Shown here one piece after another: positions 1 to 8,882 of a DNA stretch of 64,000 bases. The notes under the pieces were generated by a model. It was not told the DNA's origin. It searched no databases and was given only the letters and a program-made list of their open reading frames with translations. This DNA comes from Euryarchaeota archaeon UBA86 (GTDB lineage: Archaea > Thermoplasmatota > Poseidoniia > Poseidoniales > Thalassarchaeaceae). A program made the translations under genes and the position numbers. The stretch covers positions 81,439-145,438 of the forward strand of contig DAQX01000008.1 of NCBI GenBank assembly GCA_002503055.1, given 5' to 3'. Numbering within the stretch: position 1 is the first letter of the stretch; every line of letters starts with the position of its first letter.

Positions 1-872
1 GAATTGGATGTTCATCCAAGACTCCGGCCTACTTCCTTGGCAAGAGTCACGGATTCAATACTGTACACGGAAGAATGCCTTCGGTTACTACCGGAGCAAG
101 TATGGTCAACAAGAGTCTCTCTTTCATCGCTGTCTCAGGAGATGGCGATACTGCCAGCATTGGAATTGGACAGTTTGTTCATGCCATCAGGCGCAATCTG
201 GACATGGTTTACATTATCGAGAACAATGGTGTCTACGGCCTTACCAAGGGGCAATATAGCGCGACGGTTGAGAAGGGTTCGACGAAGAAGAAAGGCACAA
301 TGAATGAGCAGCCTCCAATTGACTTGTGTGCTATGGCAATCAATCTTGGATGTAGTTTCGTTGCTCGCTCTTTCTCTGGTAGCAAGAAGCAACTAACTGC
401 TCTCATTCGTGCCGCAATGGGACACCGAGGAATGGCTGTGATTGATGTAATCTCACCATGTGTGACCTTTGCCAATAATGACGAGTCATACAAGTCTTAC
501 AATTATGTTAAGGAAAATGATGAGGTCTTACATCTAATCGATTACATCCCTCATTTTACACCAATCGAGGAAGTAGATATTCCTGAGGGAGAATATGACG
601 ATATTCAGATGTTTGACGGTTCCACTCTACGCCTCGAGACAGTTGGTAGAGAGCATGACCCATCCGACCCTGTATCTGCCCTAGCAGCAATCCACCAGGC
701 CGAAAAGGAAGACAAGCATGTCACTGGTTTACTGTACTATGATGATGGAATGCAGACCGCAGATGAATCTCTCGAACTTACATCTACTCCATTGTCAGAA
801 CTTAGTGAACACGAGTTGAGACCTAGTTCAGATACATTGGACAAGATTAACTCTGGATTCAGAGGAAACTGA
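1..872 (+). CDS. korB: 2-oxoacid:ferredoxin oxidoreductase beta subunit (TPP-binding). The 5' end is cut by the window edge, since the reading frame is open to position 3.
   Basis: The OFOR-beta motifs GKSHGFNTVHGR, SGDGD..SIGIGQ and IIENNGVYGLTKGQ are present. The protein has an acidic C-terminal extension. Confidence 0.8.
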   Translation, partial: IGCSSKTPAYFLGKSHGFNTVHGRMPSVTTGASMVNKSLSFIAVSGDGDTASIGIGQFVHAIRRNLDMVYIIENNGVYGLTKGQYSATVEKGSTKKKGTMNEQPPIDLCAMAINLGCSFVARSFSGSKKQLTALIRAAMGHRGMAVIDVISPCVTFANNDESYKSYNYVKENDEVLHLIDYIPHFTPIEEVDIPEGEYDDIQMFDGSTLRLETVGREHDPSDPVSALAAIHQAEKEDKHVTGLLYYDDGMQTADESLELTSTPLSELSEHELRPSSDTLDKINSGFRGN

Positions 873-927
873 ATTCGATTTACGACTCGGATTTGTTGAA
901 ATAGCGAACCCGACTCCGTCGCTCGCT

Positions 928-1003
928 AGTCCCTTAGTGTAGTGGTCCATCATATGGCACTCTGGATGCCATGACCCTGGTTCGAATCCGGGAGGGACTA
1001 CCA
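928..1003 (+). tRNA. tRNA-Gln, anticodon CUG, with genomically encoded CCA.
   Basis: The acceptor pairs AGTCCCT with AGGGACT, followed by discriminator A and CCA. The anticodon stem pairs TGGCA with TGCCA around the loop CTCTGGA. The T-loop is GTTCGAATCC. It closely resembles canonical archaeal tRNA-Gln. Confidence 0.85.
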
Positions 1004-1013
1004 ACACTCATCT

Positions 1014-1196
1014 TTACAGTGAGCGATAGAGTAATTCTGAAACCCAGCTAACCATTATGATAATCATGAACCAACCAAGAGCAATTCTACCCCATCGACT
1101 ATGCTCTTTCTTTGGTGGAAAAGGATCGATTCCGGCCTCAATCGCCTCAGCAATTATTGCCAGTTCCTCCTCAATGGTCTCGGGTTGCTTCATCAT
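1014..1196 (-). CDS. Small hypothetical membrane protein of 60 aa, with an acidic N-terminus and a hydrophobic C-terminus.
   Basis: The ORF abuts the stop of the aldo-keto reductase gene and has a predicted TM segment (WFMIIIMVSWV). No homology was recognised. Confidence 0.2.
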   Translation of the reverse strand: MMKQPETIEEELAIIAEAIEAGIDPFPPKKEHSRWGRIALGWFMIIIMVSWVSELLYRSL

Positions 1197-2045
1197 TCAC
1201 GGCTCCGAAGTCGGATCCCAACCTGATACATATGACTCATCTAAGGCTGCAAGTTCAGCCTCCTTGCCGCTCAAATCCACTTCAAGAGAAGCTAGATTCT
1301 CTGAAATCCTCTGCGGATTACTAGACTTGGGAATAGTGATTGCTCCAACATCCAGACACCACTTTATTGCAGCCTGAGCGGGTGTGCATCCCACCGATTC
1401 AGCAATCTCGCAGATTCCTGGATCATCGACTTTGTGACCTCTAGCCAATGGAGAGTAAGCCATTGGAACTGCCCCTACTTCATTGATTGCTGCCCGCAGT
1501 GCATTTCTCTGTAGCCAAGGGCTGATTTCGACCTGATTTACAGATGGCATCAGACTGGCATACGATCTCATTGCATCTAGGTGATGTGCCCCGTAGTTAC
1601 TGACTCCAATCGAGCGAGTCCATCCATTAGCCAGACACTTTTCCATACCCTGCCAAACAGGTGCTCTGGTATCCGGATCTTCTGGTGGAGCGTGTACCAG
1701 ATACAGGTCCATGTAGTCAAGGCCGAGGTTCTCAAGGCTTTGCTGACAACGCTCGATTGTCTCCTCGTAGCTGTTGGAATGAGGGCGTCGAAGTTTAGTG
1801 ACTACGAAAATCTCCTCTCTAGGAATTCCAGATTCCCTGATGGCCTGGCCTACTTCGTCCTCGTTCCCATATGCCATTGCGGTGTCGATCATTCTGTATC
1901 CTTGCTCAAGTGCATACAATACAGAGTTCTTGCACTCGCCCGGCTCGCCCATTAGATAGACTCCCAATCCAAAGTTCGGCATCTCGACTTGATGCATCCT
2001 TTCGCCGGTGCTTGTGCTGGTGTTCGAGATTGTAACTGAGTTCAT
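1197..2045 (-). CDS. Aldo-keto reductase family oxidoreductase.
   Basis: AKR motifs are present: IDTAMAYGNE, LDYMDLYLVHAP, and IGVSNY followed by IPKS. The true start is probably the internal Met at about 1997. Confidence 0.85.
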   Translation of the reverse strand: MNSVTISNTSTSTGERMHQVEMPNFGLGVYLMGEPGECKNSVLYALEQGYRMIDTAMAYGNEDEVGQAIRESGIPREEIFVVTKLRRPHSNSYEETIERCQQSLENLGLDYMDLYLVHAPPEDPDTRAPVWQGMEKCLANGWTRSIGVSNYGAHHLDAMRSYASLMPSVNQVEISPWLQRNALRAAINEVGAVPMAYSPLARGHKVDDPGICEIAESVGCTPAQAAIKWCLDVGAITIPKSSNPQRISENLASLEVDLSGKEAELAALDESYVSGWDPTSEP

Positions 2046-2119
2046 GTTCGGCGTAGGTTAGATTATGTATTCAATGGTTATTGTAGCGAGGTTCAAGCGT
2101 CGTACCTCGTCGAAGGCGT

Positions 2120-3661
2120 ATGGGAGAGTTGCCAGAAGGCATGGAGATGCCTAAATCCGAGAGGGCAGCTCCTAGACCCTCGGCGTCTGTTATTCTGAGC
2201 AGGGAGCGTGAAGGTGGCCATGAGATATTGCTTGGACACCGGGTCTCTGAACTTCCAGCCTTCCCTGATGTCTGGTCATTTCCCGGAGGAGCGATTAGTC
2301 GAGTAGATAGAGCAGTAGCAGAATCTCATCCCGAATGGCTGCAGAACAGAGATGACAGGGTCTCTGTTTTTGCTCTCCTGAGAGAAATGGTAGAGGAGCT
2401 TGGAGTGGTTCCTGATGGCAAGGGAGGATTGACAGAGGTTGGTGAGGATATTCGCGCTGAGGTTTGCGCAGACAAGGCAAATTGGCGAAGTCTGATGGAG
2501 TTAGGGGCATTGACTTGTCAGGAGTTTCATTGTGAGGTAATTACCGACAGAACAACACCTCCACAAGCCCCTGCTAGATTCCACAACCTGTTCTTTCATG
2601 TTCCAACCGGAGACCCCGGAGTTACCCCTACTTTTCCCCCTGGTCGCTCAGAATTTGATGAGTTCCGCTGGTGGAGGCCAATTGACCTAGTTTCCTCTTG
2701 GGAAGCCAATGAGATTCGTCTCCCTCCTCCTATAGTGACACTAGCACGTGACCTCGTTGAGGGAATCGAGATGGAAGGTGATTTGCAATCTGCTTGCGAC
2801 ACTCTAGCAGCAGATCCTCCGACGGGAAAACATCGGTTCGAGTACGGCCCGGGTGTCGAGTGTGTGCTGATACCTACGGATACGCTCCCGCCTGCCACTC
2901 ACACAAACTGCTTCATCCTCGGAGAGCGAGGCGGAGAGAGAGTTGTCATCGACCCGGCTGCTAAGGATGAGGAGGGTTTTGAGGAGTTGGCGTTCAAAAT
3001 CCAAGAGATTTACGATGATGGTAGTTCGATAATTGCTACAATCTTCACTCATAGGCATCCCGATCACATTGGTGACTTAAAGCGAATATCAGAGATTTAC
3101 CAAGCTCCAATCTGGGCTAGTAAAGAGACTCTAGCAGTCATTTCTCCCTGTGATTCAGACCGAGTTCTCAAAGAAGGCGACTCTTTCATTCTCGATGGGC
3201 CTAGTGGTGGAATCCGATGGGATGTCATAGAGAGTCCGGGGCACTGCCCAGGTCAAATCTGTCTAGTTGGGGAGTCCGGAATTGTATCCGCAGATAATTG
3301 CACTTTAGTGGGGACTATTTTGGTCCCCTCAGGAGAAGGAGATATGGGGGCATACATCTCCGGGCTGGAAAGAATTCGTTCTCTTGATCCAAAGGTCTTG
3401 TTCCCTGGTCACGGTCCTCTAATTGCAAACCCAAAGAGGGTGTTGACGGACTACATCGAGCACCGAAAGGCGAGGCACCAGAAGGTGCTCGAAGCAGTAC
3501 GAGCGGGCAACTCGGATATCTCCAGAATCGCCAGCGCGGCATACACCGACAGCCCGGGAGTGCATCCATTGCTAGCGCAGGACCAAGCACTCTCTCATCT
3601 GAAGGAGTTACAGAGAACCGGTGAAGTCGGAAACGATGGTAGTGGATTCAAAGTTGTATAA
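2120..3661 (+). CDS. NUDIX hydrolase fused to an MBL-fold metallo-hydrolase.
   Basis: The N-terminus carries a Nudix box (GGAI...REMVEELGV). The C-terminus carries the metallo-beta-lactamase motif THRHPDHIG, with downstream SPGHCPG and a His/Asp ligand pattern. Confidence 0.75.
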   Translation: MGELPEGMEMPKSERAAPRPSASVILSREREGGHEILLGHRVSELPAFPDVWSFPGGAISRVDRAVAESHPEWLQNRDDRVSVFALLREMVEELGVVPDGKGGLTEVGEDIRAEVCADKANWRSLMELGALTCQEFHCEVITDRTTPPQAPARFHNLFFHVPTGDPGVTPTFPPGRSEFDEFRWWRPIDLVSSWEANEIRLPPPIVTLARDLVEGIEMEGDLQSACDTLAADPPTGKHRFEYGPGVECVLIPTDTLPPATHTNCFILGERGGERVVIDPAAKDEEGFEELAFKIQEIYDDGSSIIATIFTHRHPDHIGDLKRISEIYQAPIWASKETLAVISPCDSDRVLKEGDSFILDGPSGGIRWDVIESPGHCPGQICLVGESGIVSADNCTLVGTILVPSGEGDMGAYISGLERIRSLDPKVLFPGHGPLIANPKRVLTDYIEHRKARHQKVLEAVRAGNSDISRIASAAYTDSPGVHPLLAQDQALSHLKELQRTGEVGNDGSGFKVV

Positions 3662-3719
3662 ACCGGGCCAAGGTTGAAGCAAGTTCCCTAACAGCGCCAA
3701 AAGAAATTGAGGTCTTGCG

Positions 3720-5138
3720 ATGGCTGAAGACAAACGGTGGTGGAAAAGAGACGAAGATTCCGACACCTCCAAAGAAGACGTCGAGGATTTGATGAATGAG
3801 GCCGAGGCCAAGCGTCTCCAACGCGAGGAAGAATTGGCAGAGGCCGAGCACCGAGCAAAGATGGCGAAATTTACGGATTCCGCGCCCAGCAGTAACAAAG
3901 AGTCAGGGTCTGGTGATGGTTTCCCGGTGGAATTCACCGGGCAGAGGATTGTGCTGAAGCCGGACGGAAATGGGTGCTTCTACGTCAAAGGTAGTATTGG
4001 AAATATCGGGAACATAAATTTCCTAGTGGATACTGGAGCGAGTTTCTGCGGGGTCGACGAAAAGACTGCTGAGATGCTCGACCTGAATCGGGGAGAAGTG
4101 GTGAGGACAACGACAGCAGCTGGCCCGGGAATGGGGTACAGGACTACTTTGCCCGACATAACAGTTGGACAGATAAAGATAAGAAAAGTTGACGCTTTAA
4201 TCAACCCCCTAAGAGAATCTGATGCTGGATACTGTATTCTCGGTATGACATTCCTTGAGCACATTGATTGGGAGCACGATAACGGGGTGCTGATTCTGAA
4301 TCCAGATGGAGAGTCAGATGGTACCAAGATATACGGCAGGGGTTCCGATCACTGGCTTCTGGAGGATCCTGGTTACACTGTAGCAGCAATTGTACTCGCT
4401 CTGGGCCTCATTGCAACCGGATTCATGGCAGTTGCTGTTGGGGGAACGAAGGATCAATGGGTGGAAATAGAAGCTGAAGTCCTTGAGAAATATCCAGGAT
4501 ACGACTGGGTGGAGCATAAAGACTGCTATACGGATGAATGGGGAGATGAATACTGTGATTATTGGTACGAGTTAGATTGCTGGGCCGACTTAGATGTCTC
4601 ATACTCCGTTGACAATACTACCTACTACTCCGAGGTTGATCATTTTCCAATTACAAGATACGATGACTACGCAGGTGCGGAAGACGACTGCTTGAATTAC
4701 GCCGAGAATGGCACTATTCCAATAGGGAGTTTCGTTACTCTGTACTACAATACTGAGGATCCTAGCGAAGTCCGGATTGATACTCCATGGGATCAGATTT
4801 TCGGCTTATTTTGTTGTGGAGTTATGCAATTCTTCCTGTTGGTTGTAGTTTTACTAATGGCTCGATACGATGTAGGTACTGGAAGTCGCGTGGAATTTTA
4901 TGTCGGCGATTCCCACATTGGTGGGCATGGTCGATACTATGAAGACCCGCTTTACTACGACCGGCCTTGGCACAGGAGACCATGGTTCCACCGTAGACGC
5001 AGTTACTACCGTCATAGACGCAGCGGTTCCAGCCGCAGAAGCAGTAGAGTCACGAGAAGCTCCGGAGGACGCAGGTCCGGTGGCGGTGGCAGGTCCGGTG
5101 GCGGTGGCAGGTCCGGTGGCGGCGGTCGTGGCAGATGA
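3720..5138 (+). CDS. Membrane-anchored retropepsin-like (clan AA) aspartic protease. It has a DUF3592-like domain between two TM helices and a C-terminal RGG/RSGGGG repeat tail.
   Basis: It begins with an acidic coiled-coil N-terminus. The retropepsin signature is FLVDTGASFCGVD ... ILGMTFLE. TM helices lie at about aa 225-250 and 365-385. The C-terminal tail reads RRSGGGGRSGGGGRSGGGGRGR. Confidence 0.65.
   Translation: MAEDKRWWKRDEDSDTSKEDVEDLMNEAEAKRLQREEELAEAEHRAKMAKFTDSAPSSNKESGSGDGFPVEFTGQRIVLKPDGNGCFYVKGSIGNIGNINFLVDTGASFCGVDEKTAEMLDLNRGEVVRTTTAAGPGMGYRTTLPDITVGQIKIRKVDALINPLRESDAGYCILGMTFLEHIDWEHDNGVLILNPDGESDGTKIYGRGSDHWLLEDPGYTVAAIVLALGLIATGFMAVAVGGTKDQWVEIEAEVLEKYPGYDWVEHKDCYTDEWGDEYCDYWYELDCWADLDVSYSVDNTTYYSEVDHFPITRYDDYAGAEDDCLNYAENGTIPIGSFVTLYYNTEDPSEVRIDTPWDQIFGLFCCGVMQFFLLVVVLLMARYDVGTGSRVEFYVGDSHIGGHGRYYEDPLYYDRPWHRRPWFHRRRSYYRHRRSGSSRRSSRVTRSSGGRRSGGGGRSGGGGRSGGGGRGR
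5073..5126 (+). repeat. An 18-bp tandem repeat in three copies, encoding the RSGGGG units of the preceding protein tail.
   Basis: The unit aggtccggtggcggtggc is repeated directly three times, with the last copy diverged. Confidence 0.8.
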
Positions 5139-5182
5139 TTGCTAGACCCAAGGATGAAATCCACGTATCCTCCTAGGTCAAT

Positions 5183-6046
5183 TTGATGGAGGAAATGTGG
5201 AGCGGTGCTCCTGAACTCAGTGGGGCAGAATCTGAGGAGATGTTCGTCGAGGTCGAGTCGGGAATCTCATTGAGAATCTTGAGATGGTTTCCAAATGATG
5301 AATCTGCTGTATCCAATGGCCCAGTTGTAGTAGTTCCAGGCTGGGGTTCTGTGTTCGAGGGTTGGAGGCCACTCATCACAGAATGGGTCAAGCGTCGACC
5401 AATAGTCTACATCGAGACAAGAGAGAAAAAGAGCGCTTTAATTACCAAGAAAGTCAGTAAATCGGATTTCGAGATGTCAAAGCATGGTGCAGATGTATTG
5501 GCGGTTCTGAACCATCTGGGCATCGATTCACACGATGTCGATTGGTTCTCTTCTTCTCTGGGTGCGACCCTGTTAATCGAGTCCTACCAAAGCAGTGTGC
5601 TAAACGGCCACTCGTCAGTCCTTCTAGCACCGAACCCGGACTTTGAGTTCCCGCTTTGGGCAAGGATAGTCATGAGTCTGCCAATTCCTCATTTCATACA
5701 TCCTGCTCTGATGCGATTCACCATTTGGCTTGTCGACCGCAGGACGAAGGAAGAGGGGCAGCGAATTAGGTATCGTAGGACTCTGCTATCTCAAGATCTG
5801 AATCGGATGCTTTTGAGTGCTAGAGCAAACATGCGATACAGGCTCCCTGATGACCTTTCTAGAATAGATGTGCCATGTGCAGTAATGACTGCCTCCTCGG
5901 ACACTCTGCACGACATGAGCAAGGTGTTGAGTATAGTTGAAAGAATACCCGGAGCAGTGCTGATTGAGGTCCCTAGCAACCAGTACGCACACGAGGCCGA
6001 TGTACTAGTCGAGATTGAGCAATTCCACTCTTCAATCGGTAATTAG
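5183..6046 (+). CDS. Alpha/beta-fold hydrolase.
   Basis: A VVVVPGWGS oxyanion region is followed by the nucleophile elbow FSSSLG and a C-terminal His. It is about 287 aa. Confidence 0.7.
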   Translation: MMEEMWSGAPELSGAESEEMFVEVESGISLRILRWFPNDESAVSNGPVVVVPGWGSVFEGWRPLITEWVKRRPIVYIETREKKSALITKKVSKSDFEMSKHGADVLAVLNHLGIDSHDVDWFSSSLGATLLIESYQSSVLNGHSSVLLAPNPDFEFPLWARIVMSLPIPHFIHPALMRFTIWLVDRRTKEEGQRIRYRRTLLSQDLNRMLLSARANMRYRLPDDLSRIDVPCAVMTASSDTLHDMSKVLSIVERIPGAVLIEVPSNQYAHEADVLVEIEQFHSSIGN

Positions 6047-8240
6047 ACCAATTTTGCAAAGCGATTCCCTGATGAAGGGTGGGCGGGCCGGCGGATTGAG
6101 TAGTATGCGTGAGAACTCGTCGTCATTCGATGTCGCCCGCATTGTGCGTGAGCTTTCAGAGATGGTTGGTGCACGCGCACGCAAGGCATACCAACCACAC
6201 TATGAGCAAGTGGTTCTGCGACTGAATCGTAAGGGAGTTCCCTCGACTGACCTAGTGATTGTCAGAGGACAGCGTGTCTATACATCTCAGCGTGACCGTC
6301 CCATGCCATCAAAGCCGTCACAATTCGCAATGGTATTACGCAAGCACCTGAACAATTCACGACTAATCGATGTGGAGCAGCTCGGATTTGATCGAGTCAT
6401 CAGATTGACTTTCGAGCACGGTGGTGGACGTCTAGCATTAATCATCGAGTTGTTCAGAGATGGAAATGTACTACTTCTCGACGAAAATGATGTCATCATC
6501 CAGCCACTTACTCACGCCAAGTATGCAAGTCGTACTCTCAAGAAAGGGGTGGCTTATACTGCTCCTCCTGAGACTCTAGACCCACGTGAAATGGATCGGG
6601 CGATGCTGGATAATCTGCTAGATGGTAGCAACCACGACTTGATTCGCACCCTAGCTGCCCGTGCCAATCTTGGTAGAATCTACGGCAGTACAGCCTGCTC
6701 AATCGCAGGAATCGAAGAGGATGTGGCTGCCAACTCTCTGGACTCCGCTCAGCGTGACTCGCTCGAGTTGGCAATAGACTCGATGTTGCAGCGACTATCT
6801 GATGGAGAAGATGCGAAGATATGGCTGACTGATTCAGAAGCAATGGATGCATGGAAGGCCGCGGATAACGAGGCTGCCCGGGATGCAGCATCATCAGGAA
6901 TTACTGAGATTGCCCCTATCGACCTTGCTTACACCGAATCTAGCACCATGGTTGGGGTCTCATCTCTGTCTGTAGCTTACGATGCAGTATTCGGCTCGCA
7001 CGATGCTGCAGCATTCATTCGTCGCGAGGAAGAATTACTGGTTGATTCGGGAGAAGATGGAGGGGCTATACAAGCCAAGTTAGGACGCAGGGCGGCCCAA
7101 CAGAAGGCTGCGATTGCACGATTCCACGAGAGAGCAGCGATAACTCAAGAATTGGGTAAGTCGATTCAGGATAATTGGGAACATGTTGATTCTCTACTCT
7201 TGCAGTTCAATGAGGCAGTAGTCTCGGACGGTTGGGAAGGAGTGATGGACAAGATTCACGATGTGCCTTGGATTGACAGCGCTAACCCTGCCAAGCAGAC
7301 GATTGTGGCTTACCTACCCGACGAAGACGGTGAGCCGGGTGCTAGTATAACTCTAGAAGTATCGAACACAGTACACCAGAATGCGCAGCGCTATTTCGAA
7401 GAGGCTCGCTCGCAGAAAAATAAGGCCAAGGGAGCAAAAACAGCTCTCGCGAGCACTGAGAAGAGTCAGGATAGAGCCGAGAAGCAGGCGGCAAAAGATG
7501 CTGCTGCAGGGCGACTCAGGGCCAAGAAGAGAAGCAAGAGGTTCTGGTTCGAGAGGCATCGCTGGGCGATATTGTCTGGTGGACACTTTCTGATTGGAGG
7601 TAAAGATGCAAAGGGCAACGATGTTGTTGTTCGAAAGCATCTGACATCAAACGATCTCTACTTCCATGCAGACCTACACGGAGCACCATCGTGCTCGCTC
7701 AAACTCAAGGATGGTCTTGCCCCCAATCAGAACCCATCCGAGGTCATTCCCGAGGGTGTGGCATCGCTGCAGATTGTGCAGAATCTAGGTGAAGATATGG
7801 AAGATGCTCGTCAACTGCCCGAATCAGTCCATTCTGAGGCTGCTCAAGTTGCAGTGTGCTGGTCTAGAGCGTGGGGTAGCGGAGGTGCTGCAGCGATCGC
7901 TTTCCACGCAAGGCCTAGCCAGGTCTCGAAGACTACTGAGTCGGGAGAGTCTCTTGCCCGTGGCTCTTTCGTAGTCAGGGGCCAGCGTAATTGGCATCGT
8001 GATTTGCCACTAGAGATGGCCATCGGAATGGCAGTAGTCAATGGAGTTCCCATCCCAGTCTCGGGAACGCCTTCTACAATCTCTCAGTATTGCCAAAGAT
8101 GGGCGAAAATCATACCTGGTCGAGAAAAGAAGGAGAGCATAGCCAACCGTATCGCCAAGGCCACAGGTTTGGCCCAAGACGATTTGCTCTCTTGCCTGCC
8201 ATCCGGAAACTGCTCACTCGAAGATCATGGTCTGATTTAA
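6015..8240 (+). CDS. NFACT-family protein (Rqc2/NEMF/FbpA homolog, ribosome quality control). The start is likely the internal Met at 6072 or 6105.
   Basis: NFACT-N is indicated by FDVARIVRELSE. A long coiled-coil middle region follows. The NFACT-R (DUF814) motif DLYFHADLHGAPSCSLK is present. Confidence 0.7.
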   Translation: MSNSTLQSVIRPILQSDSLMKGGRAGGLSSMRENSSSFDVARIVRELSEMVGARARKAYQPHYEQVVLRLNRKGVPSTDLVIVRGQRVYTSQRDRPMPSKPSQFAMVLRKHLNNSRLIDVEQLGFDRVIRLTFEHGGGRLALIIELFRDGNVLLLDENDVIIQPLTHAKYASRTLKKGVAYTAPPETLDPREMDRAMLDNLLDGSNHDLIRTLAARANLGRIYGSTACSIAGIEEDVAANSLDSAQRDSLELAIDSMLQRLSDGEDAKIWLTDSEAMDAWKAADNEAARDAASSGITEIAPIDLAYTESSTMVGVSSLSVAYDAVFGSHDAAAFIRREEELLVDSGEDGGAIQAKLGRRAAQQKAAIARFHERAAITQELGKSIQDNWEHVDSLLLQFNEAVVSDGWEGVMDKIHDVPWIDSANPAKQTIVAYLPDEDGEPGASITLEVSNTVHQNAQRYFEEARSQKNKAKGAKTALASTEKSQDRAEKQAAKDAAAGRLRAKKRSKRFWFERHRWAILSGGHFLIGGKDAKGNDVVVRKHLTSNDLYFHADLHGAPSCSLKLKDGLAPNQNPSEVIPEGVASLQIVQNLGEDMEDARQLPESVHSEAAQVAVCWSRAWGSGGAAAIAFHARPSQVSKTTESGESLARGSFVVRGQRNWHRDLPLEMAIGMAVVNGVPIPVSGTPSTISQYCQRWAKIIPGREKKESIANRIAKATGLAQDDLLSCLPSGNCSLEDHGLI

Positions 8241-8803
8241 TCTTGAACGCGGGCTCGCCATTCCGGTGCGGTTATCCCGTAGATTGCCGCGTCTACAAAA
8301 TGGTCGTACAGCCACTCTCTATCTTTCATGATCCCCTCCAGGCTCATGCCGAGCCTCTCTGGGACCGCCCTACTGATGGAGTTCTCAACGGCGACAAGTA
8401 TTGTTGCTCTATGGAGGCCGAGCTCGGCAAAGCAGTGGTCGATGAGTCTCGCACAGCACTTTGTCACTATGCCGCTCCCAGTAGAGTCCTCTGAAAGCCA
8501 GTACCCGATAGTGAATCTCCTATTGGCCCAGTCTATGGAGTTGAGTCCTACGGTGCCCACTATTGAGCCCCCAAGAAGAATCAGATACATGCATCCATTC
8601 TCCGAGTAGGCGCCCTGTCTGATTGCTTCGGACTCTTCTTCGACGCTCTTAACGTCATCTAGCCATGGCAACCACTCCCTCAGATACTGCCTATTTTCAT
8701 CGATCTTGAGGAATAGCTCCTCTGAGTCCTTCTCCTCTGGGACTCTTAGTTCCAGGCCATCCTCGACCAGTAGAGACGGGGCTGGACGGTAATTGTTGAC
8801 CAT
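8237..8803 (-). CDS. GNAT-family N-acetyltransferase (RimL/RimJ-like).
   Basis: The acetyl-CoA binding pattern ...VGTVGL...RRFTIGYWLSED..GSGIVTKC.. is present. It is about 188 aa. Confidence 0.75.
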   Translation of the reverse strand: MVNNYRPAPSLLVEDGLELRVPEEKDSEELFLKIDENRQYLREWLPWLDDVKSVEEESEAIRQGAYSENGCMYLILLGGSIVGTVGLNSIDWANRRFTIGYWLSEDSTGSGIVTKCCARLIDHCFAELGLHRATILVAVENSISRAVPERLGMSLEGIMKDREWLYDHFVDAAIYGITAPEWRARVQD

Positions 8804-8882
8804 GTCATTCTGAACTTGTAGTGCCTATTGAGTGATTCGCAGGTTGCGACAATGCTTCAAGGTAGGACTCATGTGAGGCCTC

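Noticed and set aside
135-493. Antisense ORFs inside korB.
   Set aside because: They are shadow ORFs with no signal peptide and no homology.
928-3700. A possible integrated element next to tRNA-Gln.
   Set aside because: There is no integrase and no direct repeat of the tRNA 3' end. The neighbouring genes are ordinary metabolic genes.
4900-5145. An alternative-frame ORF across the RGG repeat (VAGPVAVAGPVAA).
   Set aside because: It is generated by the same tandem repeat. The main frame gives a continuous 472-aa protein.
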